DNA from: Camelus ferus | Lineage: Eukaryota | Length of the DNA stretch: 64,000 nt | NCBI RefSeq assembly: GCF_009834535.1 | Contig: NC_045705.1 | Span: 32,240,001-32,304,000 of the forward strand | Direction: 5' to 3' | Shown here: positions 22,470 through 33,181 of the stretch, piece by piece | Layout of the letters: every line of letters begins with the position of its first letter | Numbering within the stretch: position 1 is the first letter of the stretch | Notes under the pieces: generated by a model | The model's database searches: none | Told to the model about the DNA's origin: nothing | Seen by the model: the letters and a program-made list of their open reading frames with translations, nothing else | Made by a program: the position numbers and the translations under genes

Positions 22470-22835
22470 TGTACAGGCTTATAAAATGGGCCCCATGGTC
22501 CCTGCCTCCTGATAGTTACAGCTTTGTTCAGTGCCATCCAATTGACTGTAGGTTGTCATGTGAGTTGCTAATAGTCTAAGTGCATAGCAAGTGTGATAGG
22601 ATGCATGTGTTTGTGTGTACATGAATCCGTTAATAATCCTGTAACACCCGTCTTGGTAGGTGGCTCTTAATGCCAATGTTTGCTTAAAGAAGCAAACTTT
22701 CATACTGTTGGCTGCTTATGTTGATGCCCATGTGGCAAGGAACCGAGCACAACTTCTAGGAGGTGATATTTGCTTCTAGCTTATATATAGCAAGAAATGA
22801 ACCCTTCAGTCTAACAACTGCAAAGAATTGAATTA
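22470..22835 (+). mobile_element. MLT1 (E/F-like) MaLR LTR, 3'-truncated
   Basis: aaaatgggccccatggtccctgcctcctga and cccatgtggcaaggaac...cccttcagtctaacaactgcaaagaattgaatt. Confidence 0.6.
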
Positions 22836-23559
22836 GTTAGAGGTACACACATAAGAAAAAATAAGATGAATTTGAGCAAGAGGATATAGTACACTAAGTT
22901 TCCATATCACACAGGTCAGAATGGGAAAATGACATTATAGGGGCTTTAAATTTAATAGGAGAAAGAATGTAGTGTAAATTTTTATTGTTGCTATGAATCT
23001 TTGGTAAGCTATGTAAAATACCCAATTCATGCATTCAGCCTTTACGTATTGAAGCAGTCAATAAATATCTAGGCACATGAAGTGCTGCTTTAAGCTCTTC
23101 AGGAAGCTCAGAAGACTTTGTGTTTTATAAATCAGTTACAATGTCTGACTTCCACACACCTGTTCATCTCTTAGGTGGAGCTGGCATGTCATGTTCTACG
23201 AAAAGCAAAGCATTATTCCTGCAGGCAAAGTCAAATAGTTCTAGTGTAATGCTTTCATATATAACTTCTACTTTGACCTTTATTCAATTATGTTTTAATG
23301 CTTATTCCCTAATTTGACTTTCTCTCCTGTCATAATTCCTTGATTCTAGGGTGTTTGTCTTGTTTACTGAGGCATGTTCAGCTCCAAGTATGGTGCCATC
23401 TACATAGAACACTCTGGGGCTTTTTAGGGACTCCATAATTTACAGCTGTATCATTGAATCTTTCCAAATCAGTACTCATATCAGTGTTCTCTTCTATTGT
23501 TGATAGTGAGTAAAATCTCTGAGAGATGGTATGAAACAAGAACATGATATACTTTAGTG

Positions 23560-24070
23560 CAGGGCAGAGAGTGGAAGCAGGGAGACCAGTTAGGATGTGG
23601 TTGCAACAACAAATGTAACAAGTGATAGTGACCAGGATCAGGGCTTGAATAGGGTACATACTGTGATAAGTGGTCGCAGGCTTTACGTACAGGTTATATT
23701 TCCAAACCTATTCTTCTGTTTTGATTCCTGGTTCTACCGTACACAGCATCAACCACATTTGAAAATCTTCTCCATCTCTTCTACCCATAATATTTAGTCA
23801 GTCATCAAATTATGCCAACTGTCTCCTCTAAAGATTGATTAATGTCACTCATTTCCCTCTGTTTTCATAGCACTTTTTCAGTTTATATCTTTGTACTCCT
23901 TTTATATTGAAATACTCTTAAAATTTTTCTTTATTTTTACTACTTTCTCACCTTCATCAGTCTTCTCTGTCTTAATCCATGGATATTTTTTTCCATGAAG
24001 TAAGTCAAATCATGTCATTTTCCTCCTTAATTCCCTTCACTGGCTCTCCTTGGTCCTCACAGTTGTGTTC
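23560..24070. mobile_element. L2 fragments
   Basis: ggaagcagggagaccagttaggatg and gtcaaatcatgtcattttcctccttaattcccttcactggctc are L2-like. Confidence 0.45.
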
Positions 24071-27000
24071 TGCATTATGCTAGGGACTGAAATGTGACTA
24101 GCAAATTCAATTCCCCTTCATTTTTTTATTCTTTCCATAGTAGCTGATATGTGTTTCCAGTCTCCCTTGCAGCCTGTGTGACCAAGTGACTCGGTTTTTG
24201 GCAAAGAAATAGGAGAGAAAACAGTATGTGGGGACTGACTTACTTAAGAGGAGGTCTCCCAGAATTCCACTTCTCCCAATTTTGGCTGGAAAGCCAAGGA
24301 AGGGCCCCAGAAGCCATGGGAGTCATCAGTGGAAAATATCAAGGCCACCTGCCCCTGAACGACTGTGTAGAGATAATACTTACCTTACTCCTGGGATCTG
24401 GTCCTCGATTATTCTGCTTTAGAGCCCTCAGATCTTAGAATTTTAGGAGTTTCCTATCTTCAGCTTGGTTTAACCAAATTAGTAGAGATGCATTTTTTTT
24501 CTACTCACTCCCTATATAAATTATCTAAAAGTGTTCTTCAGTTTCATCCCCCACATTTCTCTTGGTCAATATATACCACATGACTGCACTGCCCTGGTCA
24601 CAGTTCATTCGTTCAACAGTACATGCTACACCAAACATGGTTCAACCAGAACCATTTCCTGCAACTGTTGGAATAAGAGCCAAGAGAAAGTCTTCCTCTC
24701 TGTGTGTCTGTAGTTGTAATTTTTTAAACTTGGCAGTTGTTGGCTGTACCTCTCTCCGTATTGATTGGAGAAAAGTTTGAACTCCAACATCAGGGACAGA
24801 GAGGAGAATCAAGCAGACGTATGAACAAGTCTCTGCATTCTTTTCATCTTTCTGCTTTCTCTTACCAGTGTGTTAATGAACCCGACACACACTCAACACA
24901 AACATGGCTCATAAATTATATGCTTAAATGGTATTGTTTCCCCACACAAGGTGAAAATGATCATACGGTGTCACGAAGTTCAACATTTCAAGCCTAATTC
25001 ACAAACTCAGAGGTTTTGACACAGCTCTTACCAGACTGATCTCCCATTTGTAAAACCTTGAAATCCCTTGAGTAACAAACGGAAGGATAATAATTTTTAA
25101 GTGATTGAAATATCCCCAAAACTGTTCTTATGGTCCATGGTTACATGCAATGTTTTCACAGTAGGATTAAGATCACAAAATTTAAAGAGAATGCTAATGA
25201 TATTACATACCTTTTTCCCACCTAAAGCAGTAAATTATATTTAAGTTTAACAACAAATGACTACACCCCAGCTGTCTGATGCCACACATTCTATTTGACA
25301 TATGTTCCATATAGCTTCAATAAAACTACTTGTTTTAAAATTGTTTCTATATAACTAAATATTACAGTAAAGCTATGTATTTTCAATAAAGTTCCTTGTA
25401 TATTTCCTTTCTACAAATTACACATTCTTATATCAGTTCAACTACTTTATATTTGACTTTTTTCCCCATACAACTGACCATTTGGGTTTTGCCTTTGGAC
25501 ATAATATTATTTATCTCTGTGTCCTTTGAAATGTGATTGAATTAATATACTATGTTTGGATTTTACTTGAGCAGTGTGAAGTAAAATGAGATTATTGCTT
25601 CACTTAATCTCAGTATTAGCCTTTACCTAATTATTGTTTACACAATGTGTAACTTCTCATTTTTTTAATAGACTCATGAAAATCATGTTGTGTTTGTTAG
25701 TTTAACAAACTAAGTCAAAAATTATTTTTATATACTAATATCAAGCTATTTCTGCATATATTTTTGCATAAATGCAGGACTCTATCTCTTAGTAATCTCA
25801 TCTTTTTGATTATTTATTTAGACCCATATATTTCTTGAATATTGATTACTTTGTTCCTTCCAACTTGTTTACTTACTTTTCCAACATTTCCAAAATCTGA
25901 AATTCCCAGGTTTTGTAAGTAAGTCTGCTTTTATCTGAACTAATCATTATTTATACCAAGCAAAACAAAGCCTAAGGCATACATTTCAAACTTCCTTTTT
26001 TAATTTTAGCAAGTGAATTAGTCAAAAACCATTGAATAAGGCAAAACATGGATTGATAACTGTATACTTGGGGAAGGTGGTAACAGACATTTAAACGAAA
26101 TAAAAGACTAGGAAAATTAGAGAAACAGGAAGCAATGGAGATAGTACAGCAAAGAATCAAAGATACTATGTTCATAAGGGAGGGCTTAATAAATATTGTC
26201 AGATTGCGAAAGAAAGAAATTACACACAATTAGAAGTCTCTTAATGATTTGTAATTTAAATTTCTTTTGAGTTAAAGAAATCAAAAATGTTATGAACATG
26301 TTTTACATAAGTGCTTTGAAAAATAAGCAAAAAACTAAGATAATTTTGAAAATACTTTTTCCAAGCCATTACAGGTTAAAAACAATCTAAATTTACATAA
26401 GAAGCATGTATTCAATTAAGTAAAAAGTAGCCGGTATCATTAAGAGCTAATAGCTCCCAAAGTTGGAAATATTTGCAGACTTTGTAATTGAGATCAATTA
26501 AGTAAAGAAAGCTAACTTAGAGAGGAGAAAACATGGCTCAAATTTTGTCTAAAAACCTGAATCTCAGAATAATTGGATATCATCCCACACAAAATGTTTC
26601 TATTCCTAAGGTTTACTAGAAATTGAACTGTTTAATGGGAGGAATAGAATATTAATATTTACTAGTGAAATATCTGGGTCCCATAAATGGTTCCACTAAA
26701 CACATAGGACAGGGAAAGTAGAAGAAGTTCATCCAACATGCGGCCAGCTGATCGAGAAGAATGCAGGTGAGCCACCCATTGACAGAGCGGACCTTCTCTG
26801 AGAACAGCCCAGTAAGCCTGCTGCAAGGCCTCAAGGCCAGATAACCAGTTGGGCCTGTGAGGTGGAAGCATGGCCCAGGGGTGCACAGACAACACGATGC
26901 CTTCATGAACATCCATCCGTTCAAGGCCAATCTCTTGGACCATAGATGGCACTGGATAGTAAAACCGGATGATCTTCTGTGACAAGTCATCTGCTTTGCC

Positions 27001-28070
27001 ACATCCCGGATGACCTGAACATCACAGCTGCTGTCAAGAGCAACTTCAAGGTCAAGTGCGAGGGAAGGACTGTGGAGAACTGCTCTCCAAAAATGTAAGT
27101 GTGGGCTGTCTCCTCAGCAAGCCCTGGCCCGCACTCAGCTTCCTCCAGGGTTCTACTAAGCCGACTCCCCATCTACCTCCATATTAGTGCTTGGCTTTGG
27201 TCTTAAGGTTAACTTTAATTGATTTTTATTGCTCATTGATAGACTATTTCTATAAGCAGGAAACCCTTGAGTCTGTTGTAAAGAATATGTGTCAGATTTA
27301 TCCATTAAGCATGAATCTACCTGTTTGGAACTACGCACCGATTCAACGCTGCAGTAGCTGAACATGTGTGCATGTGACTTTGAGCGTACGTATCAGTCTG
27401 GGATAAAGAAGTGAGAAAAGAATAGGACATTTTTGAAAAGTAAAAGAGGGAATTGAAGGAGAACTATTGTGACTGGTGCATTCAGATCAGATAGCAATTT
27501 TCTAAATAGTAAACATTTACACAGATCCATATTTATTCTTTACTGACTGTGTTTGGGGGAGATAAACAAAATAAAAACTGAGGAATTTAATACTGCAATT
27601 AAAACTCTATTCTTGAATTTTGATATAAGCATCCGATCCAGGAAATAATCAAATAAAATAAACTGAGAATCTATTTTAAATTTAAAGCATTTTGACATAC
27701 GTGATACATAACAATCCTTCCAAACCACAAATGATGAAAAATGCATCAGAAAAAAATAAACTGACAAGTACAAGTATTCTACATGGCCAGATTCATGTGA
27801 TTTTTCTGACTTCTGCCTCTAAATACTTAACCCATTGATTTCCCTAACCGACATTTCTTTAAAAAAAAAAAAAACCTATTTATAGGGCCCCAGTGGAAAT
27901 TGCAATGATTGGGTGAAGTTTCCACGGTCTTACAGAGGAAAATTATACCTAATCGGACAGATGTTCTTGAGTGTTCATAGATCATGATTACACAGAAAAT
28001 ATTCTAAAGAAAACTGTGAACTTGATCTAGCCTTTGAAAAGTCAGTAAGTATACTATTGGGTTCAGAACA

Positions 28071-29027
28071 TTAACACAACAATCGCAGACGTGAAGGGAT
28101 CCTTGTCCTAGGAACTGCATTCCATAGAGCCTTCTTCACTTCCTTATTCCTGAGGCTGTAGATCAGAGGGTTCAACATGGGGATGACCACCGTGTAGAAC
28201 ACGGAAGCCACTTTGTCTTGACTCAGGGAGTAGCTGGAACTAGGTCTCAGGTAAGTGTAGGTGGAGGTGGAATAGAACAGAATGATGGCTGTCAGGTGAG
28301 AGGCACACGTGGAGAAGGCTTTGCACCTGCCCTCCCCGGAATGCATCCGAAAGATGGAGAAGAGAATGCAGCCGTAGGAGGCGAGGATCACCAGCAGAGT
28401 CCCGACCATATTCACACCAGCAAAAGTGGACAAAATGACTTCATACAGGTGAGTGTCAGAACACGAGAGCTTAAACAGCGGTGGGCTGTCACAGAAGAAG
28501 TGATGGATGACCCTGGACCTGCAGAATGGCAAGCTGCTTACATAACCTGTGTGAACCATGGAGTTCAACAGCCCTGCTGTGAAAGACCCAGCTGCCATTT
28601 TTAGGCAGACTGTGGTGGACATGATCAAGGAGTAACGCAGAGGGTTGCAGATGGCCACATACCGGTCATAGGCCATTAATCCAAAAGTGATGCATTCAGT
28701 TGTGGCAAAGGCTATGAAGAAGTACATCTGCAGGAAGCAGCCAGCAAAGGAGATGGTTTTCTTCTCCGACAATAAATCTGCCAGCATCTTTGGAGTGATG
28801 GTGGATGAATAACAAACGTCCATAAAAGACAGGTGAGCCAGGAGGAAATACATGGGAGTGTGAAGTCGGGACTCCATCCTGATTAATAAGATCATCCCAA
28901 CATTCCCCAGAACTGTAAGTGTGTAAATCACAGCAAAAAGCAGAAAGAGGAGGATCTGTAGCTCCGGCGTGTCTGCTAATCCCAACAGGAGGAACTCAGT
29001 CAGCAAAGTGTAATTTTTTCTGGCCAT
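28071..29027 (-). CDS. OR5F1: Olfactory receptor 5F1-like, copy A, intact (318 aa, 4-aa read-through tail)
   Basis: [46 protein letters not shown] and [25 protein letters not shown] are near-identical to recalled human OR5F1. Confidence 0.95.
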   Translation of the reverse strand: MARKNYTLLTEFLLLGLADTPELQILLFLLFAVIYTLTVLGNVGMILLIRMESRLHTPMYFLLAHLSFMDVCYSSTITPKMLADLLSEKKTISFAGCFLQMYFFIAFATTECITFGLMAYDRYVAICNPLRYSLIMSTTVCLKMAAGSFTAGLLNSMVHTGYVSSLPFCRSRVIHHFFCDSPPLFKLSCSDTHLYEVILSTFAGVNMVGTLLVILASYGCILFSIFRMHSGEGRCKAFSTCASHLTAIILFYSTSTYTYLRPSSSYSLSQDKVASVFYTVVIPMLNPLIYSLRNKEVKKALWNAVPRTRIPSRLRLLC

Positions 29028-29899
29028 TATTACAGATACAGTGTGCCTAAACTTGCCTTAAGTATAAATATTTCACTTTATAAAGTTGACAGGAAATAGT
29101 AAAAATGTTAATGAGGTTAATCACATACAGAAAAAAAATACCTAGAATAATAGATCATAGTAAATAGAATGAAGTGAGAAGAAAACTATTGGACAGATGA
29201 ATAAGCACCGGAATTTATTCAGCAGTTGTCTGTGTTGAATCTGGGCTTAAGGGCTCTCAAATCACTGGTCTAGGTCCATATATTCCACTTCAGTTTCTGC
29301 AAACGCAACATATATGTTCTATTTTTTTTCTCCTAGCCCGCATCCAAAATGCAAGAACTCAGTCTTGCAGAAGTCTTTCTCATTCTCTGAACAGGTACAT
29401 GAGTTTAACTCAAATGCACTTTTTTCCCTCATCAAGATCAGTCTGTGCATTGTTCAACTCCAAAACTCATGCATCACCACCCAAATTCTCTCATGTGTTC
29501 AAGCAACAAAAATGGCCATTTCAAATAACCAATATTTTGACATCTATAATATAAATGGATGAAGATAATATTCTTACAGAATGATATAGCAGTATGGCAT
29601 ATATAGAGTATATATAGAAGAATACGATATTCTTAAGAATGCTTCTGTAATGTTTTAAAAATGAACCAACAACAGTTCTCATTACAAAGTACACTGTCAA
29701 ATCAGTGCCCTGTAGGAGCAGACACGGTACCTGTCCATGGCTGTGAATGAAAGCACCAAATACTTATAGCTTCCATCACAGCATCTTAATTGTCTTGTCC
29801 ATTATTTTCTTTTTTATTGGAGTCCCTTATTTGTTCAGTTGAGGCTTAAAAAGAAAAGAAATTTCATTTTTTAAAATGTAGTGAAAAGCAGTGAATATT

Positions 29900-30130
29900 T
29901 GCATTACCTCTTTGTAAAAATGTGAGACATCTTCTGAGTATGTACATGTTGCTGCCCTTTCATTTTGTTTTCCTTAAAGAGGACCAGGTAACCATGGGGA
30001 CTAGAAAATCGGTTTTAATTATGGAGTCAATCCTCTGAAGGCAGAAACTACAGTCTCAAAAGGAAATAACACATGATCCCATGCAGAAAAATGGGATTAA
30101 TCATCACATGGGACTAGCGTCATGAAGTGT
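29900..30130 (-). promoter_or_regulatory. Putative promoter/first exon of OR5F copy A
   Basis: Minus-strand donor AG|GTAAT at 29907-29906, conserved at 60614-60613. O/E-like CCATGGGGA near 29995, TAATCA near 30100, and a locally well conserved block GGCAGAAACT..AGTCTCAAAAGGAAATA. Confidence 0.4.
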
Positions 30131-30779
30131 TTCCTGTTCTCTGTGCTAGTTAAAGCTTTTTGCCAACTTAAAAAAAAAAAGTTATTTCAATTGGTTGTTT
30201 AACTGCTTCTTTGTTTGTAGTTTTAACTTATTTCAAGTGGGTGTGTAGCCCACTACCAAATTATTCTTCTTCCCTTTGTGTTTTTGTGCGTGTGTACTCC
30301 TCCCTTGTCTTGGTAACTTTAATCTCCACTCCAGGTCTGTTCTTGACTGTAATTAATGAGAAAGGGACACTGATTACTTGCCTTGTTTAAAGAAATACTG
30401 TACCCTGAGCAAATAGGACAATATATATCTTTTTTTTTTTATGGTTTCAGAATTGCATTGGCTTGTTGCAATTGTCTAAGATTCTGATTTTAGAAGGGGA
30501 TAAAACTACAGATTTCGCAGAACTAAATACATAAGTAAACGAGGTGGAATAAATCCCATGGAGTGTCCATATGCATAGAGAATCTACTTGCATAGAGAAC
30601 TCATAATGCGTCAAGCAGTATATTATACTTTCCCATTTAAATTCTCAGTTAATCTTCCATACCAGTCTTTGAGGTTGACATTATTATTTTACATATTTTT
30701 CAAGTGAGAAAAGCAAAACTTAAAGCTATTAAGTGAGTCTCCAATTAAAAAAATAGTTAAGAAATGATAGAACAGACTT

Positions 30780-31112
30780 TGTTGAACTGAAATTAAGAGA
30801 CTGTCAAACAGTTCTCCAGCAAAGGTGAGTTTATTTGGGATCTACAGAGAATTGCAATTCAGGATCTGTAACCATGGTGAGCCATGTGGAAACTCTCACT
30901 AGGCAAGGGAAGGAGAACTCTTTTACAGGGAGGAAAAGGAATTTGGGAGGGCTGTAGTAAATGGTCTGTGGCTTTTCATTGGGGGAGTCCTTGCCAGGAA
31001 TGGCGGGTCTTTCTTCTTCCTGTTGGGCTCTGCTATAGTCACAGGCCATGAGGGCCCCCTTCTGGTCTTCCAGCTCTATTTAATTGAGATTTCTGTTTTT
31101 TGATTTATTACA
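30780..31112 (-). mobile_element. Solo ERV1-class LTR with 4-bp TSD
   Basis: TG...CA termini, ACTT TSD at 30776-30779 and 31113-31116, and AATAAA on the minus strand near 30830. Confidence 0.85.
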
Positions 31113-31309
31113 ACTTGAAAACAATACTTGAAAGAATACTGAGCTGCCTAATTTTCTTGCCAAGTTCCATTTTATCTTAGTGACTTAGATTATCAATGTG
31201 CATATATATATACTAACACATATTTGTGTGTGTGTGTTTGTGTGTTTCTTCTAGTAAATGCAATCTTCCACTTGTCAGAAGAGGGAGAGCAGTTCTGCAT
31301 CTGATGAAA

Positions 31310-31720
31310 GATGCCAAGACCAATGTCAAGGAGGGTACTGCGCATTTTCTTCTAGAGATGTTATGGCTTCATATCTTACATATAAGCCTTTAATCCATTT
31401 GAAATTTGTTTCTGCACATGATAAATTAACTCAGCTTGATTCTTTTGCAAGTAGCTGTCTAGCCTTGCCAACACCACTTATTGAAGAGGCTGTCTTTTCC
31501 CCATTGTGCCTTTTTGCCTTCTTCATCATGGATTAACTGCCCATAAAACTGTAGATTTATTTCTGTGCTCTCTATTCTGTTCCTTTGATCTGTGTGTCTG
31601 GGGTGTGTGTGTGGGTGTGTGCGCGCGCGCACGCACTCTAGTACCATACTGCTTTATTAATGTAGCTTTGTAGTATACTCTCAAGTTGGCAATGGTGATA
31701 CTTCCAACTTTGTTCTTCTT
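31310..31720 (-). mobile_element. L1 ORF2 fragment
   Basis: The minus-strand frame gives [31 protein letters not shown], a typical L1 ORF2 C-terminal region. Confidence 0.8.
31603..31636. repeat. (TG)n(CG)5(CA) alternating purine-pyrimidine microsatellite
   Basis: gtgtgtgtgtgggtgtgtgcgcgcgcgcacgcac, directly visible. Confidence 0.95.
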
Positions 31721-32732
31721 AGATTGATAGCGTTGGCAGCAAACTAATCCCAGCCATTAATTCAGGTCCACAGATGATGTGTTCAAATCCCTGGTGTCAC
31801 TGCCATGCTGTTTGTGAGGGTGCTTATATTATTTCATCCAGAGCAATGACTTCATTACTTCACAGAATACAGAGATTAACCTTTTGCATTATGAAGATCA
31901 TACGTAAATTAAAGAATGCCCAAGGGCAAGCATGCTTCAGAGAATAAGGTACAAGTGCCTAGCAACTACTGCCTCTCCCACAGCTAAGCCCAGCCCATCT
32001 TTGTGGGTTTCTTTACAGCCCTGGCCTCAGCTTAGCTTGGGCTGTCACACTTTGACACCCTATGGCCCTGTGATGACTTTGCAGAAGACACCACTCCTCA
32101 TGTTCAGGCCCAGGAACCAAGGTGCAGAAGAGGGTCTACCATGCACGTGATAGGCTTGCTTTCAGCAGACTCGTGTGCATTGCAAAGATGGGTCTCCTTC
32201 AAAGTTAACTATAAGAAGTATAAATTTTCCTTTCTTCCCACGACTATTATTATTATTGCATGAAAAGTCCAACTGCAAAATCGCCTTAGAAAATACAATA
32301 GTAGAGTGAAAACTTATATTAAAAGTTCTCTAAACTGGTGTTACTCAACAGTAACTCCAGTTACTCAACAGGAGTTACTGTTGAGTAACTCCTCAACAGT
32401 ATAACGGTGTGTCCATTCCTGAATTTTCATTTTCCTCACAAAAATCTGTATTTTGTCTATATACTGGAAAGATATTACAAATATTTCTGTCGCTATGAAG
32501 TTTTCGTTTGACACTATCTTTTACTACTTTAAATATATCTCTTCATTATCTTTTGGTATACATCTTTTCTTCTGGTGTCTGCTATAATATTTATGCTTTT
32601 AATTCAGGATATGACATAATAGGACTTCCTAAATACCTTGATATTTTAATACTTATGTTTTGTCTTCTTTCACTGACTCTGATGAATCTAGGGTCATTTT
32701 GATGGTTGGCAGGTTGCATGTTTGCATTTATC

Positions 32733-33181
32733 TGTGATGGTTAATTTCGTAAGTCAACTTGCATGGGCCTTGGAGATCCCAGATATGGTCAGTCCTGATT
32801 CTGTGTGATTCTGGGATGATGGTTTTGATGAGAATAACATTCATATTAGGAAACTTTGTATGAAACAGGTTTCCCTCTATAATGTGGGTGAGCCATTTGC
32901 AATAAGCTTAAGGCCTGAATAGAACAGAAGAAACAGCCTCTCCTGTGCTGGAGAGAACTCCTGGGGGTACTGCCTTCAGATACCACTGCAACTTTGGCAG
33001 CAAAGTGCTTTAGACCCTAACTGGAACATTGGCTCCCCTGGGTCTCACATCTTCAAGCTCACCCTATAAATGTCAGATTTGCCAGCCTCTGTAATCCTGT
33101 GGGACAATTATTTTAATAAATCTATCCATATGTATGTACATATCTTATTGGTTCTATCTTTCTGGAGAAGCTGACTAGTGA
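32733..33181 (+). mobile_element. MLT2 LTR (5' LTR of an ERVL provirus)
   Basis: Starts tgtgatggttaatt..gtcaactt, contains AATAAA, and ends ttggttctatctttctggagaagctgact. Confidence 0.9.

Larger units (their letters stand above)
15580..30425. repeat. Segmental duplication unit A (OR10AG + OR5F)
   Basis: Colinear with 37540-61125, e.g. 15820~37655, 18300~40810, 20255~42660, 22836~52571, 24830~55580, 26660~57430 and 30030~60735. Confidence 0.9.

Noticed and set aside
26652-27172. Degraded OR pseudogene
   Set aside because: Only a weak LFSEK resemblance. No MAYDRY, KAFSTC or PMLNP remnants in any frame I read; kept as an unidentified segment instead.
28218-28604. 128-aa antisense ORF, also at 58985-59371
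   Set aside because: A shadow ORF of the GC-rich OR5F coding strand.
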